Below are positions 58,845 to 64,000 of a stretch of DNA of 64,000 nt, piece by piece (within the stretch, counting starts at the first letter, position 1; every line of letters starts with the position of its first letter). The stretch is from an uncultured Gemmatimonadales bacterium (lineage in GTDB: Bacteria > Gemmatimonadota > Gemmatimonadetes > Gemmatimonadales > Gemmatimonadaceae). Made by a program: the position numbers and the translations under genes. Location of the stretch: NCBI GenBank assembly GCA_963850905.1, contig CAWKMU010000003.1, positions 1,056,001 to 1,120,000 on the forward strand. Reading direction: 5' to 3'. Below the pieces are notes generated by a model. That model saw nothing but the letters and a program-made list of their open reading frames with translations. It had not been told where the DNA came from and made no database searches.

Positions 58845-60415
58845 AATATGAGCTGGATCTCGTGCGTGCTCCCCCGTTGGGCTGTGGGGAACTGCCAGTG
58901 AAGGACTCGCTCCCGGATGCACGATTCCACCTGGTCCGAGCCATGTCCCGACCAGTGATGCTGCGGGACAGTGACCTCGGAGACAGTGCCGTCGCTTTGA
59001 ATGACCATCCGCACTTGGATCTGGCCGGCGAGCGCCGGATCCTTTCGCAACCCGAACTCCGTATAGCAGAACTGAAGGAGTTGCTGCCGCTGTCGGATGA
59101 CATCGCCCAACACGGACGGGGGCAGACGTCCCTCGGTGCTGAGCGCAGTCTCCGCGATAGAGTCACCCGGGCTGTCCGGGTCGGGGTGCGCGGAGGGCTT
59201 GCCGTCTTTGCCCGCCGACCCAGACCCCTTCGACGACGAACCGCCACCCGTAGACGAAGGAGCCGATCGAGCGCTGTCGGTGCCCGCGGTGGCGCTGTGC
59301 GGGTCTGAGCCAGGGCCAATGCGGAGCGAAAGAGGTTGTCCGGCCGAGTACTCGATTCGCGAGTCCGGCGCGTTTGCGAGACTGCGTGCGATTCGCGTGC
59401 TTGCGCTGTCGCGGGGCGCACTTGGCAAATGAGTCGCGCCGGATCCGGGAGTCTCGACTTTTGCGGAGATGGGCGAATGTGTGACTGTGTGCACCTTCGC
59501 GAGTGAGTCCGCGCCGAGTGACACAGGGACGACGAGTGTAGGCTTCGTGGGCGCGCTCACCACGGGGGCCGGCGGCGGTGGGATGGGCGGCTTCGGAGTG
59601 GTTGGCACCGCGGCAGCGGTTTGGTGTGCGGGGGCAATAGGGGTCGTCGTCGCGGCGGCCGTCGAGGGCTTCGCCGCAGCGGCGCTGGCCGGCGCGGGAG
59701 AAGAGGGCGGGCTCCCACCCGTGTGCTCAGCCGCAAGTGTCGTAGTAGGGGACCCAGCCGGGGCCGCAGGCCCCGCGGCTGGTGCCGGGCTGACCGGCGG
59801 AGCCGGTGGCGTCGCTGTCGCAACCTCCGCCCGGCGTGTGGCCTGGACCTTCCTCGCGATTTGCGCTGTCTGGCGAAGGGTGGGGATGAGCGGGCGCAGC
59901 CCGATCGCGTGGTACACTGTCGACACGGGCGCGGGCCCCGCAGCCCCAAACCGCGCGACCAGCGCCAACGCCTGGCCGAGGGTTTGTTCCTCGAGCGTGA
60001 GATCCCCTCCCGCAAACGACACGCGGATCATCGCGCTATCTCCGCCTCCACGACCGCCGGCGGCGCTGTCAGCGGCGATGAAGGTAGCCAGCGCGTCCGC
60101 CCAATGGTCGGTCTCGTCAGCGGTGAGTACGGACGGATGCGCGAAGGCCGACCGAAACCCCTTCGCGGCGAACACCAGCACAGAACCGTCTTCCTCAACG
60201 CGGAGCCAGACGATCGTCCCCCCGCTGGAGAACTGGCCGGTTTCCTGGGCGAGCGAGGGTCGCCCGCCAGCGCGTGGCTGCTGCGCGTCCAGCAGACCAG
60301 AGCCGATAACGCCGGGTGCGGTACCGGCCGCCATGATGAACAGCACGATCGTCCACAGAATCTGACCGGCAGACGGCATCGCGCGTGCGCTCGGAGCGCG
60401 ATCTCGCATCTGCAA
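58835..60415 (-). CDS. Membrane protein with Pro/Ala/Thr-rich linker and AgmX/PglI (TonB-C-like) C-terminal domain
   Basis: N-terminal TM segment; VIRQRQQLLQFCY...DPALAGQI...I.SDGTV...VESCI...WQFP motif. Confidence 0.75.
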   Translation of the reverse strand: MQMRDRAPSARAMPSAGQILWTIVLFIMAAGTAPGVIGSGLLDAQQPRAGGRPSLAQETGQFSSGGTIVWLRVEEDGSVLVFAAKGFRSAFAHPSVLTADETDHWADALATFIAADSAAGGRGGGDSAMIRVSFAGGDLTLEEQTLGQALALVARFGAAGPAPVSTVYHAIGLRPLIPTLRQTAQIARKVQATRRAEVATATPPAPPVSPAPAAGPAAPAGSPTTTLAAEHTGGSPPSSPAPASAAAAKPSTAAATTTPIAPAHQTAAAVPTTPKPPIPPPPAPVVSAPTKPTLVVPVSLGADSLAKVHTVTHSPISAKVETPGSGATHLPSAPRDSASTRIARSLANAPDSRIEYSAGQPLSLRIGPGSDPHSATAGTDSARSAPSSTGGGSSSKGSGSAGKDGKPSAHPDPDSPGDSIAETALSTEGRLPPSVLGDVIRQRQQLLQFCYTEFGLRKDPALAGQIQVRMVIQSDGTVSEVTVPQHHWSGHGSDQVESCIRERVLHWQFPTAQRGSTHEIQLIFGR

Positions 60416-60575
60416 CCGACGAGTCGGAGTGACGGGGCGTCACGCGCGCTGGCTGCGCGTGGGCGCGGACAATTTGGCCGCGGTGAGATTTTTCGGCCCT
60501 ACCAGCCGTGTCACATGAGGTGGGCGTGATACGTGTCAGGGCGCGCTTTTCTGCTCTCGGTACCAGGAGTGCTAC

Positions 60576-61913
60576 ATGACCAGGTGGACCCCGATCGCGG
60601 TTTTCGCACTGGCAGTCATGACCGCGCCGCCGTCGTATGTCGGTGCCCAAAGCAGCGCCGTGTCCGGGATGCCCTCGAGCGGCCAGGGACCGGGTATGTG
60701 GCGAGGACCCAAGCTGCGGATCGGAGTGATGGACCTCACCGCGTCCGCAGTACAGGGGCAGATGGGCGCGCCAATGATGGGCGCGCCGATGATGGGGGCG
60801 CCGGTGATGGGCGCTCCGATGGCGGGCGCGCCCGTGATGCAGCCGGGCGTCCCCATCACCGGGGCCGTCGGAGTGCCACCGGGCACACCGATCGTCGCTC
60901 CCGGCGGCGTGCCGGTCGGGACGCCCATTCAAGGGGCGCCGGTGGGCACGCCCCTCCCACCACCGCCCACCGCTGTGGGCGGGATTCCGGTAATGAGTAC
61001 CGCGGTGACGAACGTCATCCCGCCGCAGCCGGTCCAGATGATCCAGCAGCCACAGATGTCCCCGCAGCCGCAAATGGCCCAGGCCATGCCACCGGGTTCG
61101 ATCCCCCCACCGCCCAGCTTGGCGTTGGGGCTCACCGAGATGCTGACCACGGCGCTCACCCAGCAAACGCAGTTCGTCGTGCTCGAGCGGTCGAAGGTCG
61201 ACCAGGTGCTCAACGAGCAGAACTTCGGGGCATCGGGCCGGGTCGACCCCGCGTCGGCAGCGCAAGCTGGAAAGGTGCTCGGCGCACAGGTGCTGATCTT
61301 CGGCGACATCACGGAGTACTCGGAGAACCAATCGTCAGTAGGCGGTGGACTCAACGTGCTGAAATCCGTGACGGGCCAAGTCGGCGCGTCGATCAGCCGA
61401 GTGACGGCGCAGGTTGCCATCGACTTGCGACTCGTCGATGCGAATACGGGCCAGGTCGTGTCCTCCGTGCGTGGCGAAGGGAAGGCAAGCGCGACGGGCC
61501 TCGCAGCCAATTTTCAGACAATGGACCAGAACATTGGCGCGGGCGGATCGGCGCAGACCCCCCTCGGCCAAGCGTCGCGATCGGCAATCGCCAACGCCGT
61601 TGCCGGCATCGTCGAGGGGATGCAGAGAATCTCGTGGAGCGGGCGCGTGGTCGATGTGCGCGGCACACAGGTCTATATCAATGCTGGCGCGACACAGGGC
61701 ATCGCGACCGGAATGACCTTTGACGTGTACAACCAGGGCGAGGCACTCGTTGATCCTGAGACCCATCTCTCGCTGGGCACTCCGGATACGCGGGTCGGCG
61801 GCGTGACCATCGTCAGTGTCGCACCACAGTATGCCGTCGGTCAGATCACCGACGGGACCGGGATGAAGCGGAACGACGTGGTGCGCTTCAAGGGGGCGGG
61901 GAATGCGCCGTAG
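60576..61913 (+). CDS. CsgG/HfaB family protein with low-complexity insertion and FlgT-C-like C-terminal domain
   Basis: AGGAG RBS, signal peptide, RIGVMD, EMLTTAL...FVVLER...VLNEQ, GAQVLIFGDITE, IDLRLVDANTGQV and VYINAG. Confidence 0.82.
   Translation: MTRWTPIAVFALAVMTAPPSYVGAQSSAVSGMPSSGQGPGMWRGPKLRIGVMDLTASAVQGQMGAPMMGAPMMGAPVMGAPMAGAPVMQPGVPITGAVGVPPGTPIVAPGGVPVGTPIQGAPVGTPLPPPPTAVGGIPVMSTAVTNVIPPQPVQMIQQPQMSPQPQMAQAMPPGSIPPPPSLALGLTEMLTTALTQQTQFVVLERSKVDQVLNEQNFGASGRVDPASAAQAGKVLGAQVLIFGDITEYSENQSSVGGGLNVLKSVTGQVGASISRVTAQVAIDLRLVDANTGQVVSSVRGEGKASATGLAANFQTMDQNIGAGGSAQTPLGQASRSAIANAVAGIVEGMQRISWSGRVVDVRGTQVYINAGATQGIATGMTFDVYNQGEALVDPETHLSLGTPDTRVGGVTIVSVAPQYAVGQITDGTGMKRNDVVRFKGAGNAP
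60762..60836 (+). repeat. Five 15-bp in-frame tandem repeats encoding (M/A)GAP(M/V)
   Basis: atgggcgcgccaatg atgggcgcgccgatg atgggggcgccggtg atgggcgctccgatg gcgggcgcgcccgtg. Confidence 0.9.
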
Positions 61914-61959
61914 CGGCTGAACGCCGGGTCGGGGATCTGCGACTGCCAATCACAACGGC

Positions 61960-62097
61960 GGGTGGCCTAAAGCCACCCCTACAGGTTGCTGCGGGCGGCG
62001 ATGCCATCGGATTCGTCGACCTGCGCAGGCGAATGCAGGATGCCACTCCATCGCTTGCGCTCCGCGCCGACATGTAGGGGCGGCCTTCAGGCCGCCC
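61960..62097. repeat. Composite palindrome A4 (REP pair), with degenerate arms about 61926-61936 and 62128-62138
   Basis: gggtggcctaaagccacccctacaggttgctgcgg ... gccgacatgtaggggcggccttcaggccgccc. Confidence 0.9.
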
Positions 62098-62244
62098 GGG
62101 TTGTCGTTGCGGGGTCGTCGTTGCCGTTCCCTGACCCCGCCGTTGAAGCGTTCTCTCCTTTCCAAACGCAACCTTAATCCCAGCCTAATACCAGACCGCT
62201 ACTTGCAGCGTCCAAAAGAAGGGCAGATCGGGGTAGAAGCACGG

Positions 62245-63504
62245 ATGCAGCGCTCGAAAGGTTTCCGGTTATACCAGCTTCCTGGAATCTCGGTCATCGG
62301 GAGTGCCGCGCTGTGTGTCGCGGGCTGCTCGCACCGGCCGGAAAGCACGCCGTCGCCGAAGTCGAGCGCGGGGCGGGCGCCCTGTGAGGCACTGGTCCCC
62401 GCGCCGGCAGTCACACCGGAGTCACTGCGTATCGTTATTACGGACGCACTGCGGTCGGAAGACGCCCCAACGCCTCATTCCAACGCTGAGCAGCTCATCT
62501 TCCCGCTGCTGTACGGCGCGAAACGCTCAGCGCCGTGCAGCAATGCCGAATCAAGCGTTAGCGTCGCCGGGGACGGATCAACCGAGAGCGCCGGGCGGAA
62601 CACTGGTCCGGTGGAGATCAGATCGGCCTATCCAACCATACCGTGGCCTGCACCGACTGGACTGTACGGGATAGCCGACGCGACGGACACGACTCTCGAT
62701 CTGCTGCCTCGGACGTCGCGGGCAGAACCTCATATACACGTGAACATGGTCGCGCCCCGCCAAGGACGCGACGCGCTCGATGCAGGAGCTGATGTGGTCG
62801 TGACATCCGATGCGAAAACGATCGCGTATGCCGCCGCTCAGTCCGATCTGGCTAGCGTACCGCTGTCGTGGGACAAGGTGTACGTCCTGATTGAGCCAGG
62901 TGTCCGCGTCGGTGGTGACCGAGATTCCATGCTTGCAGTCCAGACGGACCTTGCGAAATACGCGCTTCGCGTCGAGGCGCGACCCGCGGATGATAGCGCG
63001 ACGCTCGAGTTGATCACCTGCCCCACGATCGGCCCGGACAACAGTCCATCCGGCACCACCCCCCGTCAGCCATCAACGACGTCAACCCATCGCGTGGTCT
63101 ACGAACGGGATGACGATGTTGCTCGTGCGCTGAGCGAGCGATTGGTCGCACTCGCCGGCGCACACACACTTCGGCTCGCCGCGTTCGAGGATAACTCTAG
63201 CTCCGGGCGCAGCATTCGAGCGGCGGGTCTGGATACAGCATCGTTTCGCGTGGCTCTGGGCGATGGCAGTGCGGCGGCCTACGTAATTGCGCTTCCCCTC
63301 GATCCGCTCGTGGGCTGCGACGCCGTCGGCTGGCTTCGCTTGGACGCCCTATGGCTCTTCGCTCGGGATGACTCCCCGACCAACCACCTCACGCCTTTGG
63401 TCGAGACGCGCGCGCGAGCCATCGTGCGGCGAGGGCGTGTCGGCCTCTCAGGTGACAGCGCTGGGACCGCGTCACTGATATTCGGCGCGCCGGCCGGGTT
63501 CTGA
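62245..63504 (+). CDS. Hypothetical lipoprotein (weak resemblance to a degenerate substrate-binding protein)
   Basis: Lipobox VAGC and a long ORF. Lies directly upstream of a sensor-like gene. Confidence 0.55.
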   Translation: MQRSKGFRLYQLPGISVIGSAALCVAGCSHRPESTPSPKSSAGRAPCEALVPAPAVTPESLRIVITDALRSEDAPTPHSNAEQLIFPLLYGAKRSAPCSNAESSVSVAGDGSTESAGRNTGPVEIRSAYPTIPWPAPTGLYGIADATDTTLDLLPRTSRAEPHIHVNMVAPRQGRDALDAGADVVVTSDAKTIAYAAAQSDLASVPLSWDKVYVLIEPGVRVGGDRDSMLAVQTDLAKYALRVEARPADDSATLELITCPTIGPDNSPSGTTPRQPSTTSTHRVVYERDDDVARALSERLVALAGAHTLRLAAFEDNSSSGRSIRAAGLDTASFRVALGDGSAAAYVIALPLDPLVGCDAVGWLRLDALWLFARDDSPTNHLTPLVETRARAIVRRGRVGLSGDSAGTASLIFGAPAGF

Positions 63505-63519
63505 CGACAGAGGGGCTCA

Positions 63520-64000
63520 ATGCGTTTTCGCACGCGCCTGCTCGTTGCACTGGTCGCTCTCGCGGTGGTTCCGCTGATCGGTATCGCGTTCGGCGTTCGC
63601 CACGAGATCGATCGACGTCTGACCGCGCAGTATGAGGCGCGCACCGCGCGCCTTGCCGCCACAGTCCGCGACGACCTCGCACACCAGGGTGGCGCGATCG
63701 GCGACCAACTCGCGTCGTTGCGCCAAGCGATGGTCGAAGACAACCGGCTCCGACTCGCCGTGGCGCACGGCGATCCGGCGGGGCGCGGATACCTCCTGGA
63801 TTATGCCGGAGACGCGCTGCGACTCACGGGCCTGGCGATGCTGCAGATTCAGGATTCGTCGGGACGCATCATTAGCTCCGGGCATTTTCGGAATGAATTC
63901 GATCGTCTCGAGCCGGATCTGCCCATGCTCTTGGCAGCTACTCCCGGCGGAGCGGCACTGGTCGATGCGCGGACGGCTGACGGTCTTATGCGCGTGATTG
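63520..64000 (+). CDS. Membrane sensor protein, probably a histidine kinase (5' part; runs off the right edge)
   Basis: Manual translation MRFRTRLLVALVALAVVPLIGIAFGVRHEID...LQIQDSSGRIISSGHF shows an N-terminal TM helix and a periplasmic region typical of HAMP kinases. No stop before 64000. Confidence 0.65.
   Translation, partial: MRFRTRLLVALVALAVVPLIGIAFGVRHEIDRRLTAQYEARTARLAATVRDDLAHQGGAIGDQLASLRQAMVEDNRLRLAVAHGDPAGRGYLLDYAGDALRLTGLAMLQIQDSSGRIISSGHFRNEFDRLEPDLPMLLAATPGGAALVDARTADGLMRVI

Noticed and set aside
13407..62138. Repeats as a CRISPR array
   Set aside because: Copies are dispersed singly in intergenic regions and are inverted rather than regularly spaced direct repeats. No cas genes are present.

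Overview
High-GC bacterial chromosomal segment with about 50 protein-coding genes. No rRNA, tRNA, CRISPR array or transposase was recognisable. Gene content and order (mutS-gcvT-gcvP-tonB-cbs-ddl-rhomboid) suggest Gemmatimonadota; this is an inference, not checked by search. The left third is housekeeping. The middle and right are accessory: an organic-acid catabolic operon (RraA, TPP enzyme, MmgE/PrpD, acyl-CoA dehydrogenase, CoA-transferase, MaoC); a PQQ alcohol dehydrogenase with the lanthanide-type Asp plus a cytochrome c; a TPR-like/CHAT protease facing an ECF sigma/anti-sigma pair; a msrB-cytochrome b-molybdoenzyme operon; and a copA-csoR-esterase operon with a clear CsoR box. The most striking non-coding signal is a set of at least 12 dispersed, modular palindromic elements. 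Tandem 7-mer arms in inverted orientation surround one of two interchangeable cores, either a GTAG REP pair or a GAGGCCAG hairpin, and several elements supply the stop codon of the neighbouring gene. About ten genes have a -10 box 6-7 nt before the start codon, consistent with leaderless mRNAs. Three genes carry single-base +1 frameshifts that look like sequencing or assembly errors.
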